A DNA stretch of 45,468 nt from Jimgerdemannia flammicorona (GCA_003990765.1 RBNJ01000061.1:1-45468); one strand, 5' to 3'; shown: positions 24,113-37,337, counted from the first letter of the stretch. Made by a program: numbers and translations. The notes: generated from the sequence alone by a model not told the origin.

Positions 24113-25411
24113 TATAATATACTAGCTCATAGAGGTAAATTACAAAATTGAGAGTTAGTGTAGTTTGACTTAAACCCTCAGTTACTTTGTTAAAAAGTAA
24201 CAAAATGTTCAATAATTTCTGATATTCTTATTGATATTTAATAGTATAATAGTTAAGTCTGAATATAATGGTTGATTCTGATAATTTTCTTATTTGAATA
24301 GTTTTTTGGAAGTAGTAATGATTTCATATAATAGTCTCTGAGTAATATGATAGATTTCTTATATATGTAATTTCTATATAATAATTGTGTATAATATGAT
24401 AATTTCCAAAAATAGGTAATTTCTATATAATGATCTCTATGTGTAGATTTTCTTCTTAAATAATAGATGATTTCTATATAGTATAATGATCTTAGTAACT
24501 ATGATATAGACAATTTGATAGTATTTCTTAATAAGTAGCAGACAACTTAGTTTGGTATGAATTCTTCTGAATCAGTGAGCTTCTTGAATAATTTGAATAA
24601 CAGATAACTTAATAACTCAGATAGCAGATTCTTGAGTAAAGTTACATTAAAGACTAACTTTATTTATATAGGATTATATCAAAGAACTGGCTTTACTGCA
24701 AAGTTACATTAAGATAGACTAGCTTTATAGCAATATTTCTATAGTAGACTTTTTTAAAAATAGTGGATAATATAGATTCTTCTTAAATTGATAAGTTTCA
24801 TAAATAATATAGATTCTCTTCTTAGTAAAGTTATATCAATAGACTAGCTTTATAGTAAGATGGACTTCTCTTGAAAATAGTGACTCTTTCTTAAGTGGCA
24901 GATTTACTCAAATGGTAGCTTTTTCTTATTGATTGGTTTCTCTTCAAGATAGTAAAGTTCTTTACTCAAACTTAAATAGTAAACCTTCAAGTAATCTTTA
25001 TATCAGAAAGTAGACTAGAGTGGAAAAAGAAAGCTTTCTACTTTTCTTTGACTTTTTAGACTGAGGTTTATTCACTTTTATCTCTGGGGTATTTTATATA
25101 GATTGGTTACTATCTGGTTACTATATGGCTAACTATAGATTATTATATATATATGAGAAGAAGTAACCTTCATAGTCTCAGAGTAATCTTTAAGATCTTA
25201 GAGTGACTTTTAAGATCTTAGAGTAATCTTCAAGATCTTAGAGTGACTTTTAGAGTTTGTAATATTTCCTTCTTTAGCTATTTAAGTTATTTATATAAGT
25301 TGGTACAGTAGGGCAATCTTGGTTATCTAGTATACTTGATATAGCATGTAGCTAAATTATAATAACTAATTCAGATAGTAACTTAGTATATTTTCCTGCT
25401 GACTTATTACA
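24113..25411 (-). repeat. 5' LTR of element A1
   Basis: Ends ..TTACA at 25411 and is separated from the PBS by AA. A more AT-shifted copy of 17856-19141. Confidence 0.88.
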
Positions 25412-26089
25412 GTAGTAATTATCTAAATCTGATCTCTAAATATAGTATAGCATATATTATAGTAGTAGTTACTAATTCAAAGATATGAAATAGATTTATA
25501 AATGTAAAATAACTCACTCTAAAGTCATAATTTAATTACTCTATAGCTAGTAGACTTATATAAATATATAATCTCAGTATTTAGAGTAAATAAATCCCAG
25601 ATTGAAATAGTTTAAAAGAAAAGAACTAAGTAGTCTATAGATAGATATATCTTTTAAACTCTCTATATTCTATAACTAACTCTAAGGAGTCAAAAATATA
25701 AAGAATTCAAAATAAAGAAATTCAATATATTTTCTAAGTTAAGTGTTTGCTATATTATAACTTATTTAAAAATTGTTATATATCTATAAGCCACTAGAAA
25801 TTCTGATGAAATTTTTAATGGAAATTTTTATAGAAATTCCTATAAAATTTCCAACTAGCAGTCATAGATACTGAATATAGTATAACTATATAGAGATAGT
25901 CTAAAGCACTATCTGATTTTTTTATCATCTGATTTTTTTATATAATTTTTTCATTCTATATTTAGAGATCCTTATGAGAATTCTTACATTTATTTATCTC
26001 TTTCTTAGATATATTATATATTTCTTTCTTTGTTTTTATACACTTCTAATTAAAACACCAGTTTATTCTTATATATTTTTTCAATATAG

Positions 26090-26500
26090 AGACCATTAAT
26101 CAAGACTCTGCATATGTATCTATAAGTCTCTAACTACTATTATTAGCTTTATTAAGGCAGAGGTCTAGAAAGAATACTGAGCTCCAGTCATCAAGAGAGT
26201 AGCCAATAGCCAGTTCAAGAATAAAGAGCTTAGTATTGAGTATATATCTCTCAAGACTATACTCAATATATAGTATAAGATATATAATAGACTTGATATA
26301 TCCTTTATTAGTATTAATAATTTGAAATAAAAGATCTAAAGAATACTCTTGAGTGACTAAAATTGAGTGGCTATAAAGTGAAAGAGTTTGAAGAACCCAA
26401 CTATTATAAATTTACATTTGTAGCTACTAAAGACTTAGATATACTTCAAAAATCTGATTATCTTACTCTTATAGACTTAATATATAAAATCAATAAATAC
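26090..26500 (+). mobile_element. Decayed Mutator-like (MULE) transposase fragment, truncated by the A2 3' LTR
   Basis: Translates ...FTFVATKDLDILQKSDYLTLIDLIYKINKY. Reverting C>T/G>A changes gives LTL(I/M)DSTHKTNKY, the first catalytic-Asp motif of fungal MULE transposases. Confidence 0.65.
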
Positions 26501-27647
26501 TGTAATATATATGCCTGACTCAATACAGAAAAATTACAAGATTGAAGGTTGATGTAGTTTGGCTTGAGCCCCCAGTTACTTTGTTAAAAGCAACAAAATT
26601 TTCTTAGTGTTTAGTGGTATAATTGTCAAAACTGGATATCTGTAAGTGATTTCCTTATTGAGATAGGTTCTTGGATATAGTAGTGATTTATATATAGTGC
26701 AGACATTCCTTATACATAATGGTCTGGCAATTTGGCAGTTCTCCTTATATAATTTCTGCATAATAATTATATTCTAAAAGTATGTAATTTCTGACTGATG
26801 TGATGATCTCTTTATATAGTATGATAATTTTAGTAGTATTCCATATTTGGCAGAGAACTCAATTTGGTACAGATTCTCTTGAATCAGTAGCTTACTGGGA
26901 ATAATACTGGTGCAGATTCTTCTCACTAGAAATAGATGGATAACTCAGATAGTGTGAGTAACTCAGATAACTCAGAAGGTAGATAATTCAATAACTTAGA
27001 TAACTCAGATGTTATGGACTCTTTCTGAATTAGCAGACTTCTTGAATAATAACTTAGATTCTTAGCAAATTTATGTCAAAGACTGGCTTTATTTGTATGA
27101 ACAGATTACTGCAAAGTTATTTTGTAGACTGACTTGTGCCAAGGTTCCTTAAGAGTAGGTTCTCTAGGAATTTGGGTTTCTCTTCAAAAGGCAGCAAAGC
27201 TCTTCCTTGAACTTGGCAGATTTCTTCAGGCTTATCTGGTAGATGAATCAAGGCTTTGTATCAGAAAGTGGACTAGAGTGGAAATGGAATAACAAAGCTT
27301 ACAATCTCCTAGTAGTAGCTGTAAAGTTTCTCTTGAAGTATGGTAGGCAGACTTGTCTTTTGCTTTGAGTTTAAATTTCAGACTGAGGTTTATTCACTCT
27401 TGTCTCTGGAGTATTTTATATATTATAGTTACTATCTGGTTACTATGTTGCTAATTATAGATTGCTATCTATGGTAGGTGTACTGATTCAGCACAGATAT
27501 GCAGGTTCAGCACAAATATACCTTATCTGATAGTCTGGCTATTTATACAGTTTTCTGCAGCAATAGTTACTATATCTGATTACTATGCTATGTATTCATA
27601 TCATCTAGCTAAGTTATAATTTGGGTGGTACATTTTGGTTTGTTACA
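26501..27647 (-). repeat. 3' LTR of A2
   Basis: TGTAAT...TGTTACA termini; preceded on the element strand by TTTAGTGGAGGCTGA; homologous to the other three family-A LTRs. Confidence 0.88.
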
Positions 27648-27885
27648 TCAGCCTCCACTAAAGAATGGTCTATCCTCAGACTGTTCTTTAGTTATATCCC
27701 AGTATGAATAAGCATCTTCTATATCAATATCTATTCCATCATCTTCATCATCTGTATCATGGTTACTCCATTCTAGGGATTCTTCTTCTTCTTCTAGGAA
27801 CAGGATTTTGATAGCATTAATGATGCTCAGGTAGGTGGCTAGGTTCATTCCTTATATATTATACTAGGAGAATTATACCTGTATC

Positions 27886-28309
27886 TAGTGCTCCCAATGA
27901 ATCAAATCAAATCAAATTTGGCCCAAACTCAATTCAATTCGATCAAATCAAGGGTCCAATTTGATTCAATTTGAATCGAATCAAAGCTCCAATTCAATTC
28001 AAAGTTTGATTCAAACCTTAATTTTCAAAATGTAATAACTTGACGAAAACTCATCAAAATTTAATGTATTTTAGCTTGTTAGATTTACCGTATTAATGTG
28101 ATTCTAACAAGCTAAAGTACATTAGATTTGGATGAGTTTACGCTGAGTTATTGCATTTTGAAATTTAGAGTTCGAATCAGACCCTCAATTCAATTCAACT
28201 TTTGATTTGATTCGAATTGATTTGAATTGAAAAATCCCCAATTCGATTCGACTCATTTAACCCTTAATTTGATTCAATTCAAATTGATTTGACTCATTTG
28301 GGAGCACTA
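27886..28309. mobile_element. hAT-superfamily MITE, 424 bp, near-palindromic
   Basis: TIRs TAGTGCTCCCAATGA / TCATTTGGGAGCACTA and a perfect 8-bp TSD CCTGTATC (27878-27885, 28310-28317). Subterminal AATCA/GATTC/AATTC pentamer arrays and an internal ~60-70 bp inverted repeat (28022-28083 vs 28103-28163). Confidence 0.93.
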
Positions 28310-29311
28310 CCTGTATCAGGGCTGCAGGGTTTCATTCATAAAAGGTATAGAGCCTGTCTGCAGTAGTTATATCTCTCCTTGATTGTTCTGTGGTATTTCT
28401 GATATATATTTATTCTGGGACTGGGAGGTTCTGCAATTGTTCTCCAATTGCATAATGGGCCTGAAGTTGATGGACCTGTAATAATCATCTGATCAGGATA
28501 AGATTCTCTTAATAAATCTAAATTCTCTGGAGGATATTTCCATTGACTTCTCAGAATTGGAGTAGGGGAACTAGCAGTGATTGAAATGAGCTAAGAACAA
28601 GAGTCTGAAGGTAGTTGTTAACTCTCTGATTTATAATATGGGAAAAGATATATCTTGAGATAATTGATATATACTGGTATCCTCAGGGTTTATCCATTCA
28701 TGCTTCTTAAATAGATATTAGTTCCTTTGATATTGTGTATAAGATAAAATCCTTCTCACTTGGGCTCCAACTTAGTGGCAAAGTTTGTTTCAATCATACT
28801 TCTCTAGACTAGTACTTGATCTTCAATCTTGATCTCCTAATCCTTCTGCTTCTAGTCATAGTACTTCTTTTATCTCTCTTAAGCTTTGGTAATCTGAACT
28901 TGAGCCTGATTATATAACTATTCTGTCTTCTTGAGGAGGTCTCTGAGATTCTCATAGTCAGCAGTTTTGGTTTTCTTAGCAAATATTATTTTGAATGACT
29001 TTTGTTTGGTGGAGACAGTAGGGGTATTCTGAATTTTCCATAGGATCTCAGATAAGCAGAGGTTCCAGTTGGTAGGATTGACTTAGGCAAGTCCTTTCTT
29101 GATGGTCTGGTTTATTCTTTCTGTCATACCATTGGTCTGAGGGTAGTATGATGTGGTCTATTTGAGATGGATCTTGTGAATTTGAGTATAACTTGTGACT
29201 ATATTATTGATGAATTCTGTGCCTCAGTCAGAGATAAGTTCTTCTGGGGGTCTATATCTGAGTGTGAGTCTATGGAGAAGGCCTATAATGGTTAAGATAT
29301 CTGTGATTTCC

Positions 29312-29713
29312 TGTAATGGTTCTAGTTTCTAAATGAGGAAGCAACTAAGTCTGGTAGTCCTAAGTAGCTTGAAGAGATACTAAGGATTCAAGTGTTCTCG
29401 AAGGATTTCTGGAAAAAAATATTCTGAGACTTTATTTATAAGAACAAGGGGATATTTATATAAGATCTGAAAGAAGAATCCGGAAGGATCTGAGAAATCA
29501 AAGGAAAATGCCAAGAGGAAAGTTCTTGGCAAAGATGATAAATGATGACAAATAAAGTTCTACAAGTTTCCAGGACATTCAGTGACTGACTAAATAAGTA
29601 CTAGTTAATGCTTGGTACCAAGAAAGGATTTCTAAGCATTCGGAAAGTACCAGAAGGTCATAGAATATTGAAGAAAGACAAAGAAAAGGAATAAACTATG
29701 CTAAAATATTACA
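29312..29713 (-). repeat. 3' LTR of element B
   Basis: About 95% identical to 34738-35139 by eye. Confidence 0.95.
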
Positions 29714-29726
29714 TCTCCCCCTCCTT
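29714..29726 (-). other. Polypurine tract of element B
   Basis: AAGGAGGGGGAGA immediately before the 3' LTR on the - strand. Confidence 0.9.
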
Positions 29727-30026
29727 AAGAATCAACATCCTTGTTGAATTCTCAAAGTTACACATGATAAACAATAAGACTAAAAGAAACTTCAAATTAA
29801 ATATACTGACTCATTGGCAAGGATTGGCCATCCTTATATAAGGCGAGGGCCAAAGTATCATCTTGATCAGATGAGAACTAGTTCAAACCTCATTGGTTGC
29901 AGAATTTATAGGGTTCTCCTATATCTCTTACTTCTGATGCTATATCCCTTAGAGAGCCCTGATGCATAATGTACCTGATCAGTACAGTAGGTTGTCTACT
30001 ATGTAAGGGGAGAATCTCACAGGCAG

Positions 30027-33000
30027 TCAATGAGTTCCTTTTTGCTTGAACTCTTGGATAAGATCTTGGGAGTTCTTGAGATTGGCAGCAGGTTCCCAGG
30101 TGGTGTCATATTCAGAATAACCCATCCACTTGACTAGGTATTCTGTGTGACGGTATCAGACTTGTTTGTCTAAGATTTTCTCAACTTCATACTCAATGTG
30201 GTCTTCAACTATGACTAGTACTGATGGTGTCGGAATTTGACCAGGGTATGGGGGTGACTGGTTCTAGGCCTTGAGTTGTAACACATGGAATACTGGGTAT
30301 ATACACATGGTTGTTGGTAAGTTGAGATGGTAAGACCAGGTAGAGACTTGCTTAGTGATCTTGAAGAGTCCAAGGTACTTGGGCTGGAATTTGGCTAACT
30401 GGTGGTTGACTTGAGATTGAGCCTTGATGTTGTCAGCTTTGAGTAGAACCATATCACCAATGTTGTATATGATATCTTGCCGCTTCTTATCTGCATACTT
30501 AGCTTAATGTTGCTGAGCCTTTTGCAGGTTCGTAGTGGCGATCTTGAGAAGGGAATCCATTTTGTTGATAAGGTTCTGGGCTGTGGGGACTTGTGTATGA
30601 CTGGATTACTAGAATTGGACTAGACTTGCAGGGGTCTCAGGGTTTTGACCATAAAGTAACTGAAATGGGGAAAGACCAGTTGATGATTAGTTGGCATTGT
30701 TGTAGGCAAACTTGGCATAGGTCAGATAGTGGTCCCAATCATCTTGCTCATAAGACATATAGTTTCTGAGCATTTGTTCAAGTGTTCTGTTCATTTGCTC
30801 TGTCTGTCTATCAGTTTGAGGATGAAAGGCAGTGGACATAGCAATTTGGGTTCCAAGGGTCTTGAAGAGTGCTTGCCAGAAGTGGCTTGTGAACTTGGGG
30901 TCATGGTTGGAATTGACAAGAGTTGTAGAAGACTGGCAGATGCTTGGTTGCTTGACTTGTTTCTTTGGCAAAGATCACAGCTTTGGATATACTCCTTGAT
31001 TTCCTTGAGCATGTTTGGCCAGTAGTAGTCTTGTTGGATATTCTTGATGGTCTTCTCAGTTCCAAGATGGCCAGCTAGTGGGGAGTCATGGTGTTCATGA
31101 AGAATCTTGTACCATAGTTCAGGGTTGGCAGGAATATATACTTTGTCTTGATAGTACACGAGGTTGTCCTTGATGGTGTACTTTTCCTTGAATTCCTTGG
31201 TGTTCCTTTGTAGAACCAGAGAGTCTTGTTCATATGCCTTCTTGATCTGGTTGAGGAATTCAGGTGCTACAGTGACTTGTAAAATCATAGCAAGGTCAGG
31301 TCTCCTTGAAAGTACATCTGGTACAACTAGAGTTTTGCCAGGCTTATAGATGATGTTTGGGGTAAAAGTCTGAAGTAGTTGGCTCCACTTGGCTTGTTGG
31401 CGAGAAAGGATTGGTTGAGTGTTGATGTACTGAAGAGACCTGTGATTGGTGATCACGTCGAACTCAACTCCTTCTAGATAGTGTCACCAGGTCTTGAGGG
31501 CATGTATGATTACCAGGAGTTCCTTTTCATAAGTAGCCAGCTTTTGTTCTGCTGGGGACAATTTTCTTGACTCAAAGGCAATAGGTCGGTGTCCTTGACC
31601 ATTATCTTGAGAAATGACTGCACTGATGGCAAAGTTAGATGCATCTGTAGTAACTGTGAACTTCAAGTTTGAGTCCATGTTTCTAAGGACAGGTGCATAG
31701 GTCAGGTAGTTCTTGAGTTCTTGAAAAGCTTGTTGACAGAAAGCATCTCAGATGTAGGGGATATAGAGGTCAGAGTTGGGTTCCTTTTGCAGGAGATTTG
31801 TCAAAGATTCTGTAATGCCAGAGAAGTTCTTGACAAATCGATGGTAGTATCCAGCCAGACCAAGGAAGGACCTGAGTTCAGTGAGGTTTGCTGGTACAGG
31901 CCACTGTTCAATAGCTTATATTTTCCTTAGGTCTACTTGAATTCCTTTGGCTGATACAATATGTCCAAGGTATTTGACTTGATCCTTGAAAAATTCACAT
32001 TTCTTGAGCTTTGCATAGAGCTTGTTCTTATGGAGGATCTTGAGGACTTATTCGATATACTTGAGGTGTTCTTCTTCAGTGCTACTGAAGATCAGAATGT
32101 CATCAATGTACACAAGTATAAAGATATAGAGCTGATCCTTGAAGACAGTTTGCATGAGGTCTTGAAAGGTTGCTGGTGCATTGGTGAGACCAAAGGCCAT
32201 GACTAGAAACTTGTAGAGTCCAAAGGGTGTCATGAAGGCAGTCTTGGGTATGTCTTCTGGCTTGATTTGAATTTGGTGATACCCAGAGGTAAGATCAATC
32301 TTGGTGAAGTACTTTGCATTCTTGAGAGCATCAAAGATTTGATCTATGAGTGGTAGTAGATAATGGTTCTTGACTGTGATCTTGTTGAGTGCTCGGTAGT
32401 CTATGTACATTCGCAGAGTATCATCCTTTTTCTTGACAAATAGGACTGGGGAGCCAAAGGGTGACTTGCTTGGCTGAATGGCTCCTTGCTCAATAAGTTC
32501 ATTGAGTTCCTTCTTGACTGCTTCAATTTTAAGTGGAGACATACAGTACATTTTCTTCTTAGGTATAGCTGTATCAGATACCAACTTGATTTCATGGTCA
32601 TGGTCTCTTGAAGGTGGTAGGCCAGGTAGTTTGTCTGAGAAGACATCCTTATACTTGTTCAGCAGTAACTTGATGCTTTCATCAATTGATAGCTTCTTGT
32701 CTTCTTTCTTTAGTCAGATTAGTGCCACAAAGGCACAGATAGCTTTCTTGAGGGCCTTCTTGAACTGAATTGCTGAAAGGGTCACAATTGGAGTTCTTGT
32801 CTGAGTCTTGTATGGCTTGATGGTAATGCTGGCTCCATCTTGAATCAAGGTGACTTCATTCTTAGTCCAATCAATCTAAGGGTTGTACCATGTAAGCCAG
32901 GGTTTGCCTAGGATCAGGTCATGGTCTCCTAGTGGTACTACCTCGAAATCTAAATGTTCCCAGTACTTCTGGATCTTGAGGGGAAGTTTAGCAGCAATTG

Positions 33001-34669
33001 AGTCAATTGGTAAGGTGGTGCCATCTGCAGTGACAATCCTACCATTCTTACCAGCTGATTTGGTGAGAATCTTGAGCTTGTCAATGAGGTTCTTGTTGAT
33101 AAAGTTCCCAACAGCTCCACTGTCTATGAGAACATCTAGTTCTTGTCCCTTGACTAGACCTTTGAAAATGAGCATTGAATTGGCTTGGTTTTCAGCTATG
33201 CTTGCAACTTTGTCAGTGCTGCCAAAGCCTTTCTGATCTCGCTTAGTTGAAGACAGCTTGGTGACTTCTTTGACAACTGATAGGGTGGCTCACTCCAGAA
33301 TGAGCTGTGCAATTCTATCTCCTTCATTGACAGTATATGGCTGGTTCTTGTGGTTGACTAGCAGGACTTGTATTTCATCTCAGAAGTCAGGGTCTATGAC
33401 TCCAGTACCAACATCTAATGAGTACTTGAAGCTGAGGCCAGATCTTGGTGCAATTCTTGCATAATGTTCCTTGGGGATTTCGACTGAAAGGCCAGTTGGA
33501 ATGAGCCTTCTCTTATGTGCCAGAATAGTGACTTGTTGTACTGCTTGAAGGTCCAAACCAATGGCTCCTTCTGACTGTGCTTGAGAGATCTGGGCCTTGG
33601 GGTTGACTTGTATGAAATTGAGTACAACTTCTTGTTTGACTGGTTGACCTTGAGTGTCTTTGGACAGGACCAGGATCCTCTTTGGTTCCGCAGTTTTCTT
33701 AGGACATTTGTTTGCAATGTGACCAGGCTGATGGCAAAAGAAGCAGACTCTAGCCTTCTTGAGGTACTCCTTTTCCTTGGGTGTAAGCTTGCCTTTCTTG
33801 CTCTTATTGATGGTGTCTAGGTCCATAGGGGCAGGTCCAACAGTTCTGACTTTGGGTTCCTCCCTTCTGTGGTTATTGTTGTTGTTGAAAGGCAGTTTCT
33901 TCTGTTTGAAGCAGTGACCATAGGTGATGACATCAAACCTATCAGCAATTTTCATTACTGTATCTAGGTCCTTGGGTTCTTCTAGTTCAACATGAACTTG
34001 GGTTTGACCTTTCAGGTCTCAGATGTACTTGTCGACCTTCTCATCTTCAGTGACATGTGGTAGTTTTAGCAGGATTGATAGGAATTGTGTATTGTATGCT
34101 TGCACAGACTTGAGTTGTTTGACATTTGCCAGACAGTCTCATGCAGCCTTGGTGCTATTGACTGGTTTGAATTAGTCTTGAATAGCATCAGAGAATTTGC
34201 CCCAGGTCTTGATTCGGCCAGAGAATCTGGTATTCTGGACATGATTTCACCACCAGATTGTAGCATTTCTTTGGAGGAGTGTGGTGGCAAATTGGACTAG
34301 TGTTGTTTCTTCCAAATTGGTCAGTTCTCCATATTGCTCCAATTGGAAAAGCCAGGCATCAGTAGACAGTCCTCCTCTTTGACCATCAAAGGTATCAGGC
34401 TTCTGAGGCTTGATAGTGACTGCTGTTGGATGTATTGATATCAGTAGAGGTGCGGAGGTATGAGTGGGGGCCTTGCTTTCCTTTCTTTCTACACATTCTT
34501 GAAGTTGTGCAATCTGAGCTAATGTGGTCTGCAAAAGACTCTCGATGGACCCGGTTGACTGGGTGGGGATTGGCTGTTCTTCTTCTTCTTCTTGCTGATA
34601 GTACTGATTATATGAGGCATTGCCTGGACTATAGGTACTGTATGAAGGGTTCCACCCATTGTTCTCCAT
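30027..34669 (-). pseudogene. gag-dUTPase-pol polyprotein of element B, broken by nonsense transitions and an integrase deletion
   Basis: Gag KPQKPDTFDG...WLFQLEQY and CFFCHQPGHIANKC; protease [41 protein letters not shown]; RNase H TTDASNF, YEKELL; integrase HDSPLAGH..CDLC, HPQTD..TE.MN; chromodomain EYEVEKIL...YLVKWMGY..YDTTWEPAANL (30045-30195). Confidence 0.93.
33212..33630 (-). pseudogene. dUTPase domain of element B (between Gag zinc knuckle and protease)
   Basis: All five motifs are present in the Gag/PR frame: GLDL, IAPRSGL, GVIDPDF*DEI, GDRIAQLI, RDQKGFGST. Two TGA stops occur at likely CGA positions (33380, ~33289). Confidence 0.95.
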
Positions 34670-34726
34670 AGTGTTGTGACTGATATCTTGAGAGGTATCT
34701 TGATAAGGCGAGGTGTAACTTCACCA

Positions 34727-34735
34727 CTGCTACCA
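34727..34735 (-). other. Primer-binding site of element B (tRNA-iMet-like)
   Basis: TGGTAGCAG, 2 nt after the 5' LTR. Confidence 0.8.
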
Positions 34736-34737
34736 AG

Positions 34738-35139
34738 TGTAATGGTTCTAGTTTCTAAATAAGGAAGCAACTAAGTCTGGTAGTCCTAAGTAGCTTGAAG
34801 AGATACTAAGAATTCAAGTATTCTTGAAGGATTTCTGAGAGAAAATATTCTGAGACTTTATTCATGAGAACAAGGGGATATTTATACAAGATCTGAAAGA
34901 AGGATCTGGAAGGATCTGAGAAATCAAAGGAAAATGCCAAGAGGAAAGTTCTTGGCAAAGATGACAAATAATGACAAATAAAGTTCTACAAGTTTCCAGG
35001 ACATTCAGTGACTGTCTAAATAAGTACTAGTTAATGCTTGGTGCCAAGAAAGGATTTCTAAGCATTCGGAAAGTACCAGAAGGTCATAGAATATTGAAGA
35101 AAGACAAAGAAAAGGAATAAACTACACTAAAATGTTACA
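34738..35139 (-). repeat. 5' LTR of element B
   Basis: Direct repeat of 29312-29713, followed by the TSD. Confidence 0.95.
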
Positions 35140-37337
35140 TTTCCATTGAGAAAGCCTCAGGCCATTTGGTCAGATGTTCCATGAATATAAGGATATACTT
35201 GTTTCTTCCTAATATAACTGATAGAGGTCTAATTATATCTACTCTCTATCTCTGAAAAATATTGTCTGGTAGTACAATTGGTTGCAGTTATGCTTGGTAG
35301 TTCTTTCTTTCTTGATACTTCTGACAGATGTCATATTTCCTGAGTATGTCCCAGACCTATATTCTGAGGTTGGGCTAATGTTGGTATATTGTTTGCAGCT
35401 TTTCTTCTATGTTTGCCTGTCCTTGGTAGACTTTCTGATGTTCTTTTTGGATGAGATCTTCTTATGCCTTAGTGGTCTGAGAAACTTCCTTTAGGGTATA
35501 GTTCCTTGGGACACCCTTCTTCTGGTTTATTGGAGCTGATGGAAAAGTATATTAATATTGTTGTAAGCTTTCTCTGCTTTATGAATAATGGTGATTTTGT
35601 AATCTTGGAGGATAAGAATCCAATAGGCTAGAATTCTGGTAGATTCTTTATAGTTGAATAGCCATTTGAGGGCTACATAGTCTGTGATCAGGGTGAACCT
35701 TTTTCCAATAAGGTAATACTTGAATAAGGTGATCACCTATATAACTGTAAGATATTTCAGTTTGGTACTACCATAGTTCATCTGCTGCTAATTGGTAGCT
35801 TAACTTATATAAGCTATCATATGATGTTATTGGTCAGAACCTTCTTGGGCTAGAAATACTCCTAGGCTATCTTTGGAGGCAACTGTATATAAGATGAATA
35901 GCTTCTATAGATTGGGGCATATAAGGATTGGTGTTGTAGTCATGCAGTTCTTGAGTTCCTTGAAGGCTTTCTCCTGTAATTCTGTTTACTTATAAGGTAC
36001 TTCTTTCTTGAGAAGGACTCAGATTGGAGCAGTGATTTGGGCAAAGTCTTTAATAAATCTTCTGTAGTAGGATACTAGCATCAAGAATGATAGTGTTTCC
36101 TTTGGGTCTTGGGTACTGGCCAATTGTTGATCTTCTCAGTTTTCTTTGGATCTGTATGGGTTTTTTCTTTTGAAACTATAAATCCAAGGAATTTAAGTTT
36201 CTGTTTTCCAAAATAGCATTTCTTAGCATTGAGTCTCAGGTGGTTCTTATGGGTAAGCTTGAAGAATTCTTCTAGATGTATAGATATTCTTCAAAATTTG
36301 CTGAATAGATGTTGGAATTATCTATATATACAATTAGGCAGTGGTGGATCAGGAGGGCATAAACTGAATTCATCATCCTCTAGAAAGTGGGGGGTATATT
36401 GCAAAGTCCAAAGAGTATTCAGAGGTATTCAAACAGTTTTCCTAAAGCAAGAAAAGCTGTCTTTTGAATATCCTTAGAGTTTATGGGGATCTTGTAGAAT
36501 TCTGTGAAGAGGTCCATATTGCTGAAGTATCTGATATCTTATAACTGATCTAAGAGGTCATTGATTCTGGGCAAAGGATAAGCATCCTTTTCAGTAAATG
36601 AATTGAGTTTTCTGTAATCTATGTAGAGTCTTCATCCTTCTTTCTTTGGTATAATAAGTATAAGGCTGGCCCAAGGGCTGGTTGAGGGTTGGATGACTCC
36701 ATTGTCTAAGAGTTCTTGAATATACTCCTTTTTAAATGTCTTTAGATAATGAGGTATTCTATAGAGTTTCTGCCAAATGAGTGTTGCATTTCCTGTATTT
36801 ATGCTGTAGTGATATGATGAGCTATATAATAGGTTGCCATAATCAGTAGTGAAGATATCTTGATATTTGTTGAGAAGTTCTACTAGTTGTTGCTATTACT
36901 GGAGTATCAATTCTTCTCCAATATTAGTAGAAGGCTTTACTGTCTCCTGGGTCGCAGAGGGGTCTTTTTTTTCTTCTGGAATCTTTTGCCATTTCCTGAT
37001 AAGTTTAATTCATAAACTTCTCTATAGGCTTAGTTGAGAAAAGGCACCAGATATCCTATGATGGTTCCTTTTGGCAAGATAATGGTTTTCCAACTTTGGT
37101 TGATTACACTGAATTCATCTTATCAAGGAATGTGTATTCTTCTATATCTAGGTATGAGATATCTTCATTGGGTTTAAAGAAGAGGTTTCTGGGATCAGGT
37201 GGTGCAAAGTTTTCGAAGGTGGTTTGTTCTCCAGGCTCCAGAATGAGGTTCTTGTGCAGTTTGACTGACTGGCAGTATACTTGCTGGGGAATATTCTTCT
37301 TGAGGTAGTTGACTTAAAGGAGATATACTTTCTTCTT

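Larger units (their letters stand above)
17856..25411 (-). mobile_element. Ty3/Gypsy LTR retrotransposon, family A copy A1 (gag-PR-spacer-dUTPase-RT start; most of RT, RNase H and integrase deleted; heavily mutated)
   Basis: Direct ~1.3 kb LTRs at 17856-19141 and 24113-25411, with GTAG on both flanks (17852-17855, 25412-25415). Decayed PBS at 24094-24110 and PPT-like TAGTAGGGGCTGA at 19142-19154. Decayed zinc knuckle at ~22600-22645 and protease motif LINIGA (from LIDTGA) at ~21938-21955. RT N-terminus WRLCIDYRKLN at ~19225-19262. Confidence 0.9.
29312..35139 (-). mobile_element. Ty3/Gypsy chromovirus-type LTR retrotransposon B with dUTPase, nested in the A2 integrase
   Basis: 402-bp LTRs (TGTAA..TTACA) at 29312-29713 and 34738-35139, with a perfect 5-bp TSD TTTCC (29307-29311, 35140-35144). 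PBS TGGTAGCAG and PPT AAGGAGGGGGAGA. Domain order gag-CCHC-dUTPase-PR-RT-RH-IN-chromo. Confidence 0.95.

Noticed and set aside
25797-25855. 12-bp GAAATT.. repeats as a possible MITE or CRISPR-like array
   Set aside because: Only 4-5 degenerate units, with no unique spacers and no TIR/TSD found.
26090-26500. Initial reading as a hAT transposase
   Set aside because: The reverted motif DSTHKTNKY fits MULE much better.
27900-28300. AATCA/GATTC arrays as telomeric or satellite repeat
   Set aside because: They are bounded by TIRs and an 8-bp TSD, so they are MITE subterminal repeats.
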